This document shows positions 40,023 to 50,827 of a DNA stretch of 64,000 nt, piece after piece. The notes under the pieces are model-generated. The model worked only from the letters and a program-made list of their open reading frames with translations, had not been told where the DNA came from and searched no databases. A program made the position numbers and the translations under genes. Positions within the stretch are counted from its first letter, which is position 1; every line of letters starts with the position of its first letter. The stretch spans positions 39,537 to 103,536 of the forward strand of contig CAVSHK010000028.1 of NCBI GenBank assembly GCA_963727705.1. Reading direction: 5' to 3'. This stretch comes from an uncultured Bacteroidota bacterium. GTDB lineage: Bacteria > Bacteroidota > Bacteroidia > 2-12-FULL-35-15.

Positions 40023-42191
40023 ATGTCAACAGTTAAAGAACCTCAAAAACTTAGTTCAACAGAGTTGGAAAAGTTTGCAACATATCAAATAAATGCCGAT
40101 GGTATTTGTGTGATTACAATGGATATGAAAGATTATCCTACGAATTTATACACTCCTAATTTAATTGCAGCCTATCACCATATTGTAATGGAACATGCAA
40201 CTAATAAAGATGTAAAGGGCTATATATTGCAATCAGCTAAAAGAGAATTTTTGGCGGGAGCCGATCTTAACAGTGTAAATGCCGACCAAAAAGAAAGTCC
40301 GGAAGTACTGATGGAAAAAGCGTTTGCTTCTATTCATGGTATTCAGCGCCAAATGCGCGATATTGAAAAAGTAGAGAAACCTAAAGTATCAATCATCAAT
40401 GGCGCTTGTTTAGGTGGTGGTTATGAAGTTACACTTTCTACAAATTATCGCATCGCTGTTAACAATAATAAAATTAAAATAGGTTTACCCGAAATACAAT
40501 TAGGTATTTTTCCGGGTGGAGGAGGAGCTTCCAAGCTACCGTATTTATTAGGTATTCAATCGGCAATTATGTTTTGTTTACAGGCAAAACAATTAAATCC
40601 GACAAAAGCTGTTGAAGAAGGTATTATTCATGCAACAGCCGAAAGTGTTGAAGAAGCTACTGCTGCTGCAACAAAATGGATATTGGCAAACCCTAGAGCC
40701 ATTGCTCCTTGGGATGATAAAAAACACAAAATACCCGGTGGAGGTCTTATCCCAGGAGGATTGCAAGTAATTGCAGGAGCAAATGGTAATGTAAGTAAAA
40801 TGACTCATGGGAACATTCCGGGAAGCATTTATTACTTGTCAACTGTGTATCAAGGTTTGCAATTGCCTATCGACAGAGCATTGGAGTTGGAGAGCCGTTA
40901 CATTGTAAAAGCATTTGCATCGGTTGAAGCTCGTCACATGATACGTACACTTTTTGTGAACATGCAAAAAGCAAAAAAAGGCAAGAACAAACCTAAAGGA
41001 CACGATTATTTTGATGTTAAAAAAGTAGGTATCCTTGGTGCAGGTATGATGGGCGCAGGTATTGCCTATTCTTCGGCCATGAGCGGAATTGATGTAGTAT
41101 TGAAAGATGTATCTAAAGAAGCTGCTGAAAAAGGGAAAGGATATTCTGTTAAACTTATTGAAAAAGCAGTAAAAAAAGGAGGTAGCATGACGCGTGAAAA
41201 AGCAGATGCTATCTTAAACAGAGTTTTACCTACTGATAGTTATGATGATTTAAAAGGTTGTGATTTGATTATTGAAGCCGTATTTGAAAACGTTGAGCTA
41301 AAAGCAAATGTTACCAAAGATGCCGAAGCAATGATTGCAGCGGATAAAGTATTCGCATCAAACACCTCAACACTTCCAATAAGCATGTTGGCAAAGGCTT
41401 CGGCTCGTCCTGATAAATTTATAGGATTACACTTTTTTTCGCCGGTTGATAAAATGCAACTGGTAGAAATTATTGTTGGTAAACAAACCAGTGAAGCAAC
41501 CATTGCTGCAGCTGTTGATTATGTTACCAAAATAAACAAAATACCTATTGTAGTAAATGACAGCAGAGGTTTCTACACATCACGTGTATTTGGTGTATAT
41601 CCAAACGAAGCTTCATTGTTGTTAGAAGAAGGTGTATCACCGGTTGCCATTGAACGTATTGCTAAAAAACGTGGAATGATGGTAGGCCCATTAGCAGTAA
41701 TGGATGAGGTATCGCAAGAATTAGGATTAAAAATAGCTTCAACTACCAAAGAAGAGGATTGGACAGATTATCACAGACGTAATATCGAAGTACTGAAAAA
41801 ACTAGCTGCAGTAGGCCGTTTGGGTAAAAAATACGGTAAAGGTTATTATGAATATACCGAAGATGGTAAACATATTTGGAAAGGTTTGGATGAAATGTTT
41901 CCTCGTAAAGCTCACGGCATGACTGAAAAAAATATTGGTGACAGATTACTTCATCGTATGGCATTAGAAACTTACCGTTGTTTGGAAGAAGGTGTTTTAA
42001 CAACTGTTGAAGATGGTGATATTGGTTCCATCTTCGGTTTCGGTTTTGCTCCCCATACAGGGGGAACATTATCCTACATTGATTACATAGGCTTGAAACA
42101 GTTTGTTGCTGATTGCGATGAGTTTGCTGCTAAATATGGCGACCGTTTCAAGGTACCTGATAGCTTAAGAAATAGAAAAAGTATGTATTAA
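40023..42191 (+). CDS. fadB: Multifunctional enoyl-CoA hydratase / 3-hydroxyacyl-CoA dehydrogenase
   Basis: N-terminal crotonase fold (INGACLGGGYEV). C-terminal NAD-binding GILGAGMMGAGIA and an HFFSP region. Confidence 0.88.
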   Translation: MSTVKEPQKLSSTELEKFATYQINADGICVITMDMKDYPTNLYTPNLIAAYHHIVMEHATNKDVKGYILQSAKREFLAGADLNSVNADQKESPEVLMEKAFASIHGIQRQMRDIEKVEKPKVSIINGACLGGGYEVTLSTNYRIAVNNNKIKIGLPEIQLGIFPGGGGASKLPYLLGIQSAIMFCLQAKQLNPTKAVEEGIIHATAESVEEATAAATKWILANPRAIAPWDDKKHKIPGGGLIPGGLQVIAGANGNVSKMTHGNIPGSIYYLSTVYQGLQLPIDRALELESRYIVKAFASVEARHMIRTLFVNMQKAKKGKNKPKGHDYFDVKKVGILGAGMMGAGIAYSSAMSGIDVVLKDVSKEAAEKGKGYSVKLIEKAVKKGGSMTREKADAILNRVLPTDSYDDLKGCDLIIEAVFENVELKANVTKDAEAMIAADKVFASNTSTLPISMLAKASARPDKFIGLHFFSPVDKMQLVEIIVGKQTSEATIAAAVDYVTKINKIPIVVNDSRGFYTSRVFGVYPNEASLLLEEGVSPVAIERIAKKRGMMVGPLAVMDEVSQELGLKIASTTKEEDWTDYHRRNIEVLKKLAAVGRLGKKYGKGYYEYTEDGKHIWKGLDEMFPRKAHGMTEKNIGDRLLHRMALETYRCLEEGVLTTVEDGDIGSIFGFGFAPHTGGTLSYIDYIGLKQFVADCDEFAAKYGDRFKVPDSLRNRKSMY

Positions 42192-42202
42192 TATTATGGA
42201 TT

Positions 42203-42250
42203 GCTAAAGCAAAGCGCGAAGTTTTTTAAAACTTCGCGCTTTGCTTTTAG
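42203..42250. terminator. Bidirectional terminator palindrome between convergent fadB and uvrC
   Basis: gctaaagcaaagcgcgaagtttt-ttaa-aaacttcgcgctttgcttttagc forms a near-perfect 22-bp stem. Confidence 0.6.
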
Positions 42251-42287
42251 CGACAATATTTTAATTTACGTTTGAGGTACATGTCTT

Positions 42288-44090
42288 TTAAGGAGTGTGA
42301 TACTTTTCAAACACGATTGTTGCTTTTGCTTTTCCTATTACTTCGGTCAATTGTTCAAGAGTTGCTTCTTTCACATTTTTCACCGATTTAAAAGTTGATA
42401 ATAATTTTTGAGCCGTTGCATCACTTATTCCTTTTATTTCTGTAAGCTCTGTTTTTAAAGTTCCTTTATCTCTACGGCTGCGGTGGTGGGTTATTCCAAA
42501 GCGGTGCGCTTCATCTCGCAGTTGCTGAATAATTTTTAATGTTTCGCTTCTTTTGTCTAAATACAAAGGAATCGAATCTCCTGGAAAATAAATTTCTTCC
42601 AGTTTTTTTGCAATACCAATGATTGCAATTTTCCCTCTAAGCCCTAATTTTTCAAGGCTTTCAAGTGCGGAGCTTAATTGTCCTTTTCCACCATCAATCA
42701 CTATCAATTGTGGCAGCGGTTGGTTTTCATCCAATGCACGTTTGTAACGACGATAAATGACTTCTTCCATAGAAGCAAAGTCGTTAGGCCCTTCCACCGT
42801 TTTTATATTAAAATGACGATACTCTTTTTTGCTGGGTTTGGTATCTTTAAAAACCGTCATTGCAGCTACAGGATAAGCTCCCTGAAAATTGGAATTATCA
42901 AAACATTCAATGTGGCGGGGTTCTTCCATCAGATGTAAATCCTTTTTCATTTGCTCTAATATTCGGTTGGTGTGGCGTTCAGGATCAACCAAACTTTCCT
43001 GCTTCATTTTATCTTTCCTGTAAAACTCTGCATTGCGCTGTGAAAGCTCTAACAAATGTTTTTTATCTCCTCGCTGAGGAATAAAGAATTCAACTCCCGG
43101 AAAAGGGGTTTCTATTTCAAAAGGTACTATCACTTCTTGGGCATCGCTATTAAATCGTTGGCGCAATTCCGCAATTGCCAAAGTGAGTAACTCTTCGTCG
43201 CTTTCGTCAAGTTTCTTTATTAATTCTACAGTATGACCTTGAATGGTAGCTCCGTTAATTACTTTTAAGAAATTTACATATCCCGCTTTAGCGTCTGAAA
43301 CTATAGAGTAAACATCTACATTATTGATTGAAGGACTCACAACAGTTGACTTGCTTTGAAACTTTTCTAATAAATCTATTTTTTCTTTTACAAGTTGCGC
43401 CTTTTCAAATTCTAAATTATCAATGTGTTGTTGCAAGCTGCTTTTTAAATATTTACTGATGCTGCTTATGTTTCCTTTAATTATCTCTTTTGTTTCGGCA
43501 ATGGTTTGATTGTATTCTTGTTCGCTTTCATTGCCCACGCAAGGCCCTTTGCAATTGCCAATGTGATATTCCAAACACACTTTAAATTTTTTAGCGTCTA
43601 TGTTTTCCTTTGTCAATTTCAGGTTGCAGTTTCGCAACTTGTATAGCTTTTTTATAAGGTCTAACACCGCATTCATAACCTTTACAGAGGCAAATGGTCC
43701 AAAATAATAGGAACCATCTTTAACAACATACCTTGTACTAAAGACCCGAGGAAAAGCTTCATTCTTGATACAAATCCAAGGATACGTTTTATCATCCTTG
43801 AGCAAAATATTATAGCGAGGTTGAAATTCTTTTATCAGATTATTTTCCAATAGTAAGGCTTCTAACTCAGTTTCCACCACCATGTATTTGATGTCGTTAA
43901 TTTTGCTCACCAATACTTGTGTTTTGCCATTGACAGATTTTTCTTTATTGAAATAGGACGATACCCGTTTCTTCAAATCCTTAGCTTTTCCTACATAAAT
44001 AATTTTTCCTGTAATATCAAAGTACTGATATACGCCCGGACTATTAGGTAGCGAACGAAGAATATTTTGTAGAACTTCCGGAGTTTCCAA
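42288..44090 (-). CDS. uvrC: Excinuclease ABC subunit C
   Basis: GIY-YIG N-terminus (PGVYQYFD...IIYVGKAKDLKKR), UvrBC domain and a C-terminal HhH. Confidence 0.92.
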   Translation of the reverse strand: METPEVLQNILRSLPNSPGVYQYFDITGKIIYVGKAKDLKKRVSSYFNKEKSVNGKTQVLVSKINDIKYMVVETELEALLLENNLIKEFQPRYNILLKDDKTYPWICIKNEAFPRVFSTRYVVKDGSYYFGPFASVKVMNAVLDLIKKLYKLRNCNLKLTKENIDAKKFKVCLEYHIGNCKGPCVGNESEQEYNQTIAETKEIIKGNISSISKYLKSSLQQHIDNLEFEKAQLVKEKIDLLEKFQSKSTVVSPSINNVDVYSIVSDAKAGYVNFLKVINGATIQGHTVELIKKLDESDEELLTLAIAELRQRFNSDAQEVIVPFEIETPFPGVEFFIPQRGDKKHLLELSQRNAEFYRKDKMKQESLVDPERHTNRILEQMKKDLHLMEEPRHIECFDNSNFQGAYPVAAMTVFKDTKPSKKEYRHFNIKTVEGPNDFASMEEVIYRRYKRALDENQPLPQLIVIDGGKGQLSSALESLEKLGLRGKIAIIGIAKKLEEIYFPGDSIPLYLDKRSETLKIIQQLRDEAHRFGITHHRSRRDKGTLKTELTEIKGISDATAQKLLSTFKSVKNVKEATLEQLTEVIGKAKATIVFEKYHTP

Positions 44091-44246
44091 TTAAAAAAAC
44101 ATTGATTTGTTGAGATACGGCAAAACTACAAAAAACCTTGTAGGATTGTTGTGGCAGTGAATAAGGTATTCACATTAATTGTGATTTAGGTGTAACATTA
44201 AATTGTAAATTAGCTGCCCGATAATTTTTAGATTTTTAGAGACACG

Positions 44247-44705
44247 ATGGATAAACCTAGTTTTGACGACATTTACATGGAGCTGGCAGAGAACCTTGCT
44301 TTGCGTTCACACTGCGTAAAAGCCAAGGTTGGTGCTGTGCTTTCAAAAGATACACGTATCATTTCTTTAGGCTACAATGGTCCTCCTGCTGGCACGCATA
44401 ACTGCGATGAAACATGGCCCGAAGAAGGGTGCCCGCGTGATAGTAAAGGGAGTTGTTCATTGGCATTACATGCTGAGCAAAATGCTATTTTATATGCAAC
44501 AAAAAACAATGTTTCCATTGATGGTTCTACGCTTTATGTAACGCTGTCTCCATGTATTGCATGTGCCAGAGTGATCTTTACCATAGGAATTAAAAAGGTT
44601 TTTTATTTGAACTCCTATGCAGAGTTTAAAGGATTGAAAAATGATGAAGGAGTTGATTTCCTTAAAAAATTTGGTGTGGAAGTTGTTCGTTATATAAAGA
44701 AATAG
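44247..44705 (+). CDS. dCMP deaminase
   Basis: HAEQNAI and PCIACAR zinc-binding motifs. Confidence 0.85.
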   Translation: MDKPSFDDIYMELAENLALRSHCVKAKVGAVLSKDTRIISLGYNGPPAGTHNCDETWPEEGCPRDSKGSCSLALHAEQNAILYATKNNVSIDGSTLYVTLSPCIACARVIFTIGIKKVFYLNSYAEFKGLKNDEGVDFLKKFGVEVVRYIKK

Positions 44706-44738
44706 TTGTACTTAAATTATTGGACAACATACAAAAGC

Positions 44739-46382
44739 ATGAATAGTAACAGACCTAAATTTTATATTTACCTTCCTATCATATTTGCGCTTGTGTTGGT
44801 GCTGGGGATTTTTGTAGGTGCTACTTTCAATTGGAATAAACATGATGGAATAATACCTATTGACGGCAATTATAGATACAACAAATTGGGAGCTTTGTTG
44901 CGTTATGTTCAACAGGAATATGTTGATACAGTCAATGAAAAAAAATGGGTTGACGAAACCATCGTGCAACTTTTACAAAACCTCGATCCTCATTCTACAT
45001 ATATTACTGCTGATGAGTTACAGGTTAGCAATGAACCTCTTACAGGGCATTTCGGCGGTGTGGGTATAGAGTTTAATATTGTAAATGATACGGTTTGCGT
45101 AGTTGCCGTTATAGCAGGTGGCCCTTCAGAAAAAATTGGTATCAAAGCCGGAGATAAAATTATAAGTGCCGATGGTAAAAAAATATCGGGTGTTAAAATC
45201 ACTAACCGTGGAGTAATGGAACAACTCAAAGGGAAAATTGACACAAAAGTAGCAGTGAAAATAAAACGAAAAAACAATCCTAAGTTACTTGACTTTTCAA
45301 TAACCAGAGGTACAATTCCCATCTATAGTGTTGATGTATCAAATATGTTGAGTGATGATATAGGATATATTAAAATTAGCCGCTTTGCTGCTACCACTTA
45401 CGATGAATATATGAATGCCTTCAGGAAACTAAAAAAACAAGGCATGAAAAAACTAGTGTTGGATTTAAGAGGAAATGGTGGAGGATTTTTAAATACTGCA
45501 GTTGATTTGGCCGATGAGTTTTTAAGTTCAGGAAAGGAAATTGTTTACACGCAAGGCAAAGCACGTCCAAGAAAAGATTATATAGCTACACACAAAGGCG
45601 ATTTTGAATCGGGAGAATTGGTGATACTGATTGACGAAGAATCAGCATCGGCAAGCGAAATATTAGCAGGTGCCATCCAAGATAATGACAGAGGAACAAT
45701 TATTGGCCGACGTTCGTTCGGAAAAGGGCTTGTTCAAGAACAAAGCGAATTCAGTGATGGTTCAGCCATACGTCTCACCATCGCTCGTTATTATACACCC
45801 ACTGGACGTTGCATTCAAAAGCCTTACGCAAATGGTATTGAAGAATATTATGCCGAAGAAAGTAATCGTTACAAAAAAGGAGAATTTGAGAATAAAGACA
45901 GTATAAAAGTTGCAGATTCTCTAAAATTTAAAACTCCCGGCGGTAAAATTGTATATGGTGGAGGCGGAATTATTCCTGACATATTTGTGCCTTTGGAAGT
46001 ATCGGGAATAACACGTTATATTAATCAGGCAGCCAGCGAAGGATTGATAACGGATTTCGCTTTTAATTATGCGGATAAGGAACGAACACGGTTCAAAAAA
46101 TTTAAAACGGTAGAACAGTATAACAAATCCTTTGAGATTAAACCCGCATTATTTCAAGATTTTATTACCTATTGCACAAACAATCATGTCCAAAGGAATG
46201 AACGGGAAATAAAGAAGTCAGAACACCTCATTAAGCTCCAACTGAAAGCCTTGATAGCAAGGAACATTTGGAACAATGAAGGATATTATGCAGTGTTGCA
46301 GGCGCAAGACAATGTATTGGCGACAACAATAAATTACCTTGATAAACAAGTTGTTCAGTACAGTAATAATAAGAAACCTTGA
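44739..46382 (+). CDS. S41 family C-terminal processing peptidase
   Basis: N-terminal transmembrane segment, PDZ (GVGIEF...VIAGGPSEKIGIKAGDKII) and the S41 catalytic region (LRGNGGG..., SASASEILAGA). Confidence 0.85.
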   Translation: MNSNRPKFYIYLPIIFALVLVLGIFVGATFNWNKHDGIIPIDGNYRYNKLGALLRYVQQEYVDTVNEKKWVDETIVQLLQNLDPHSTYITADELQVSNEPLTGHFGGVGIEFNIVNDTVCVVAVIAGGPSEKIGIKAGDKIISADGKKISGVKITNRGVMEQLKGKIDTKVAVKIKRKNNPKLLDFSITRGTIPIYSVDVSNMLSDDIGYIKISRFAATTYDEYMNAFRKLKKQGMKKLVLDLRGNGGGFLNTAVDLADEFLSSGKEIVYTQGKARPRKDYIATHKGDFESGELVILIDEESASASEILAGAIQDNDRGTIIGRRSFGKGLVQEQSEFSDGSAIRLTIARYYTPTGRCIQKPYANGIEEYYAEESNRYKKGEFENKDSIKVADSLKFKTPGGKIVYGGGGIIPDIFVPLEVSGITRYINQAASEGLITDFAFNYADKERTRFKKFKTVEQYNKSFEIKPALFQDFITYCTNNHVQRNEREIKKSEHLIKLQLKALIARNIWNNEGYYAVLQAQDNVLATTINYLDKQVVQYSNNKKP

Positions 46383-46452
46383 CGTTTCTAAAATAAGAAA
46401 ACCCCTAAGAACCTTTAAGATCCTTAGGGGTAAGATTTACATGTAATATTAA

Positions 46453-46659
46453 TTAATGGTGTGCTTCAGCAGCAGTGGTATCCGCAGAAACCGAGGCAGA
46501 ATCTGACATTACAGGGGTTGCCTTGCTTTCAGCATCACGAATAGAATCTAATTTAGCTTGTTTAGCAGCTTCATCTTTTGCTTTTTCTTCAGCAGATGGT
46601 CCGCAAGCAGTAACACAAAATGCACCTGCTAAAAGTAATAATGATACTGTTTTTTTCAT
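46453..46659 (-). CDS. Small lipoprotein (hypothetical)
   Basis: Lipobox VTACG followed by a low-complexity acidic and Ala-rich tail. Confidence 0.35.
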   Translation of the reverse strand: MKKTVSLLLLAGAFCVTACGPSAEEKAKDEAAKQAKLDSIRDAESKATPVMSDSASVSADTTAAEAHH

Positions 46660-46855
46660 GTTGTTGTTTTTAATGTTTAGGCAAATATATTACCTGTATT
46701 AAATTGTTTTTCAAATTTTTTAATTCTTTTTTAACAACATCATGTTCAAAAACACAACTGAAACATTTTAAAAATTGTTGGGATGCGTTGCATCAAAATT
46801 ATGTAGCTTTGTGAGCAATAAAACATATTTTAATAACTCTTAAACTTTAAATAAC

Positions 46856-47461
46856 ATGGCTTTTGAATTACCTAAATTAGCTTATAGCTACACTGCTTTA
46901 GAGCCTCACATAGACGCTCGTACAATGGAAATACATTATAGCAAACACCATCAGGCATATGTTACAAATTTAAACAATGCTATTGCAGGAACAGATGCTG
47001 AAAAATTGAGCATTGAAGAAATTTGCAAGAACATTTCAAAATACCCGGTAGCAGTTCGCAATAATGGCGGCGGTCATTATAATCACTCTTTATTTTGGAC
47101 ATTGATGGCTCCAAATGCCGGAGGAGAGCCAACGGGGGAAGTTGCAAGTGCTATTAATGCGGCATTTGGTTCGTTCGAAGAATTTAAAAAACTATTTGCT
47201 ACAGCAGGAACTGGTCGTTTCGGTTCTGGTTGGGCTTGGTTGATTGTAAAAGATGGTAAACTTGTTATTTCCTCAACACCTAACCAGGATAATCCTTTGA
47301 TGGATATTGCCGAAGTAAAAGGCGCACCTATTTTGGCACTGGATGTATGGGAACATGCATATTACTTGCATTATCAAAACAGACGCCCGGATTATATTAC
47401 AGCATTTTGGAATGTGGTTAATTGGAGCGAAGTTGCAAAACTTTTTGCTGCTGCAAAATAA
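46856..47461 (+). CDS. sodA: Fe/Mn superoxide dismutase
   Basis: [10 protein letters not shown] and the DVWEHAYY metal-ligand motifs. Confidence 0.92.
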   Translation: MAFELPKLAYSYTALEPHIDARTMEIHYSKHHQAYVTNLNNAIAGTDAEKLSIEEICKNISKYPVAVRNNGGGHYNHSLFWTLMAPNAGGEPTGEVASAINAAFGSFEEFKKLFATAGTGRFGSGWAWLIVKDGKLVISSTPNQDNPLMDIAEVKGAPILALDVWEHAYYLHYQNRRPDYITAFWNVVNWSEVAKLFAAAK

Positions 47462-47489
47462 GAGCATCATAAATTAATTATAGTAAAAA

Positions 47490-47516
47490 GGAGAGAAAAT
47501 AGTTCTCTCCTTTTTT
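47490..47516 (+). terminator. Rho-independent terminator after sod
   Basis: GGAGAGA-aaatagt-TCTCTCC followed by TTTTTT. Confidence 0.55.
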
Positions 47517-47528
47517 GTTAAAATAATA

Positions 47529-47951
47529 ATGCGTTTACGAATATTCATACTGACTTTACTAATAACCATAAGCCAATTGATAACGGCCAACAATTGCATT
47601 GACTCTTGTCTGTTTGGCATAAGTGATTCTATACCTTTTACAGACTCCTGTTCATCCATAACTTCAGCAGTTCAAGGAATTGCAACAGATTCGTTAGATC
47701 ATAAAAGGCTATCAAAAAAAGAAAGAAGGGAAAAATTAATTACTGCTATTGCTGCTTTCCCTTTTCCTTTTGGATTTGTAGGTGCCCACCGTGTTATATT
47801 AGGCACTAAACCCTGGGTTCCTGTTGTTTACGTTGCAACATTCGGCGGGTGTTTTGGCATATTGCCAATGATTGATTTCTTTGTAATTGTCTTTGATAAG
47901 GATATTGAAAAATTTGAAAATAACCCCAACGTTTTTATGTGGACAAAATAA
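47529..47951 (+). CDS. TM2-domain-like membrane protein
   Basis: FPFGFVGAHRVILG resembles the TM2 GxHRFYLG motif. Signal peptide present. Confidence 0.4.
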   Translation: MRLRIFILTLLITISQLITANNCIDSCLFGISDSIPFTDSCSSITSAVQGIATDSLDHKRLSKKERREKLITAIAAFPFPFGFVGAHRVILGTKPWVPVVYVATFGGCFGILPMIDFFVIVFDKDIEKFENNPNVFMWTK

Positions 47952-47960
47952 AACTCCTTC

Positions 47961-48789
47961 TCATTTTATTTTAGCAATAGGATTTGCTAGCCCTGTGTAA
48001 TCAGTCAATTCAACTTTTACAGAGCCAAACAAAATGTCTGCCTGACCTTTTACGGGAATGTGATTAGCATCGTCAGAAATCCAAATGTTCAAATCTTCTT
48101 CATGTTTAAATATTCTTCCTGCTTGAACAATCGGACGAAACTTTAAGCATTTAAAAGTCCCTAAGCTATTTTTAACATTCTCTCGCCCAACAAACTTAAT
48201 TTTAATAGGGAAGATTTTTTCATCCAAAAAACAATCCACCGAATATGTATCGCCAACTTTAGCTTGCGAAAGATCTAAATTGCGTGCATTGTAAAATGCC
48301 GAAATCATGTCTTGAATATTTGGAGTTACATCAAAAGTTTTGTCGGGAGTCTGTTTTCACTTTATTATTATAATGATTAAATACATAATCCTGACTAAAT
48401 TTATATCCTCCTTCGTCCACCCTTCTGATAAACATCCAAGGAACTAGTGCCTTTTCATCAATATAAGATTCATACCTGTCACGCACTTTAAAAAACCAGT
48501 CTGATATTCCACAAGAAGATCCTAAGCCGACTACATGGAAGGTGCTCCTTTTTGCAAACTCTAGATTTTCATCGGTTACAGCGAGTGTGGCAACTCCAGC
48601 ATCTATAAATCCATAACTCAAATGAAATGATAATTTTTCTCCTCTTTTAAAGGCAGAATTACTAACTATTGGTAATTCTTTCACCTCTGCATTGTTATCT
48701 TCAAAATCAGAAAAGTTGTTTTTATTTTGAAACGACAATCCGGCAATACCCACTATGGCTATTATTCCTGCAACAGCAATATTTTTCAT
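47961..48789 (-). CDS. DUF3108-like secreted protein, split by one frameshift at about 48340-48360
   Basis: Two adjacent same-strand ORFs (48331-48789 and 47961-48308). The downstream frame stays open upstream to 48356 and overlaps the end of the upstream ORF. Confidence 0.5.
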
Positions 48790-48869
48790 GGCTTTTGTTT
48801 TTAAAGTTACAATTAATAATAACCAAATGTCGTACCAATGTTATGCATTATAAATTTTATGACGGACTT

Positions 48870-49064
48870 AGCCTGTTTAAATTTCATTGTTAAAAATATA
48901 TCGTTACTCAATAGTTCTCGATATGCTCACCGAAAAGGCTCGCTACTCGAACTGACATCAGTATTTTCGCACAGTCACTTCGAGTAGGCTTTTTCAGCCG
49001 TATCGAGAAGTGAATATTGAAAATCATATATTTAACAAATATTCGGATGAAATTTAAACATGCT
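48870..49064. mobile_element. MITE-like element copy B
   Basis: About 95% identical to 2891-3086. The terminal inverted repeat AGCCTGTTTAAATTTCAT ... ATGAAATTTAAACATGCT has one mismatch. Confidence 0.55.
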
Positions 49065-49697
49065 CTTAATCAAACGGGTTAAAAATCACTTCTTGTCAAG
49101 AAACCAATCGAACCCGTTTACACTGCTTTTTTTCTCGTTCACTCTAATTCATAAATATTTAAGCAAATATTTTACGTCTCTTTACCCATTAATTCAAGTG
49201 TGCAGTTATCAACAATGTTAATAACTTTTTTGAGTAATAACTAATTGTTTGTTAGTATATTAAATAAAATAAAATATTATGCACGCATATTATTCGACGA
49301 ATTTTTTTCGTATTAAAGAATTTAAAAATTAGATTTGCGATTCTGTTGTTTTTGAAAGATTTGCCATTGAACAAAAAAGCAGAAAGCTTGTTATAGGTAT
49401 AAATTGATCTTAATTAAATTAAAACTAATAAAAACTATTAAAAAATGGGAATAGAAATTTCTTCACTCATTGGTGGTGAGCAAAACAAAAAAGCAGCACA
49501 AAAGCTTACAAAGTTTAACAACTTTTTAGACTCCAATTTTGCTAAAACATTAAAATTACGTAAAGCCGCAGAGAACGTTGTTTATTTTAGTGCTTATGCA
49601 GGGGTAAAAGCAGCAGCAGCTTCAAGCCGAGTTTTCAGTAGTAGTTCTGCCGGCAAGCAGGATCCGGCTCGTTTGGATTCTAAGAAAACCATCTGAT

Positions 49698-50789
49698 TTG
49701 TTCGACTTAAATTACACAGAAGAACAAACAATGGTAAAAGAAGCGGTGCAACAATTTGCTTTAAAAGTAAGAGAAACTGCTGAAAAGCAAGATGAAAAAT
49801 TTGCAGTAAGCGAAACTATTGAAAAAGAGTTCAATGAATTAGGATTGGTATATTATCAAGTTCCTGAATCAATGGGTGGAATGATGAAAGAAAAATCTAC
49901 CGTTACTCAAATGATGATGATAGAAACACTTGCGCATGGCGACTTAGGTCAAGCTTTAGCATTGTTTACCCCGCTTAGCGTTCTTAACGCTATCGTTCAA
50001 TGGGGATCGGATGCGCAACAAAAAGAATTGGTTCCTCCGTTTTTAACACCTACACCTCCAAAGGCTTCAATGGCGTTGAACGAACCAACTCCATTGTTTT
50101 CACCTTATGAGCTTTCTACAACAGCAGAAAAATCAGGTAACGGATATGTACTGAACGGAATTAAAAATATGGTGCCATTAGCTGCTACTGCTGAATATTT
50201 TTTGGTTGTTGCAAACACCAAAGATAAAGGACCTCAAGTATTTATAGTTGACAGAAACAGTAATGGTCTAACAATAACAGCAGACAGAGCAATGGGATTA
50301 AATGCTGCTCAGCTTGGTCAATTGAAACTAAGCGGTGTAAGTGTTGATGCGTCAGCTGTATTAGGTGGCGGAGATGGATTTAATTATGACGACTACCTGA
50401 ATTATTGCAAATTAGGTTGGTGTTCATTAGCTGTTGGCTGCTGCCAAGCAGTATTGGATTATGTTATTCCTTATGCTAACGACAGAGTTGCATTTGGAGA
50501 GCCTATCAGCCACAGACAAGCGGTTGCATTTTTGATAGCAGATATTAAAATTGAGCTAGACAGTATGCGCGTATTGACTCAACGTGCTGTTTCAAAAGCA
50601 GAACAAGGGTTAACTTTTGCCAAAGAAACCTATTTAGCTCACATTATGTGTAGCGATAAGAGTATGTTCATAGGCAGTACCGGAGTGCAGTTATTAGGAG
50701 GTCATGGATATATCAGAGACTTTCCGGTTCAACGTTGGTACAGAGATTTAAGAGCAGTTTCAATAGCTGTAAATGGTGTACACATATAG
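49698..50789 (+). CDS. Acyl-CoA dehydrogenase family protein (paralog 1)
   Basis: MFDLNYTEEQ N-terminus, ACAD middle and C-terminal domains (QLLGGHGYIRDFPVQRWYRD). Confidence 0.8.
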   Translation: MFDLNYTEEQTMVKEAVQQFALKVRETAEKQDEKFAVSETIEKEFNELGLVYYQVPESMGGMMKEKSTVTQMMMIETLAHGDLGQALALFTPLSVLNAIVQWGSDAQQKELVPPFLTPTPPKASMALNEPTPLFSPYELSTTAEKSGNGYVLNGIKNMVPLAATAEYFLVVANTKDKGPQVFIVDRNSNGLTITADRAMGLNAAQLGQLKLSGVSVDASAVLGGGDGFNYDDYLNYCKLGWCSLAVGCCQAVLDYVIPYANDRVAFGEPISHRQAVAFLIADIKIELDSMRVLTQRAVSKAEQGLTFAKETYLAHIMCSDKSMFIGSTGVQLLGGHGYIRDFPVQRWYRDLRAVSIAVNGVHI

Positions 50790-50827
50790 TTAGGTGTAAT
50801 TATTAACCTTAAAAGACATTAAATAAT

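Noticed and set aside
49445-49696. 83-aa ORF immediately upstream of the first acyl-CoA dehydrogenase
   Set aside because: It has no recognisable domain. The ACAD has its own canonical start (MFDLNYTEEQ) directly after. The ORF could be a small protein, but the evidence is insufficient, so it is left unannotated.
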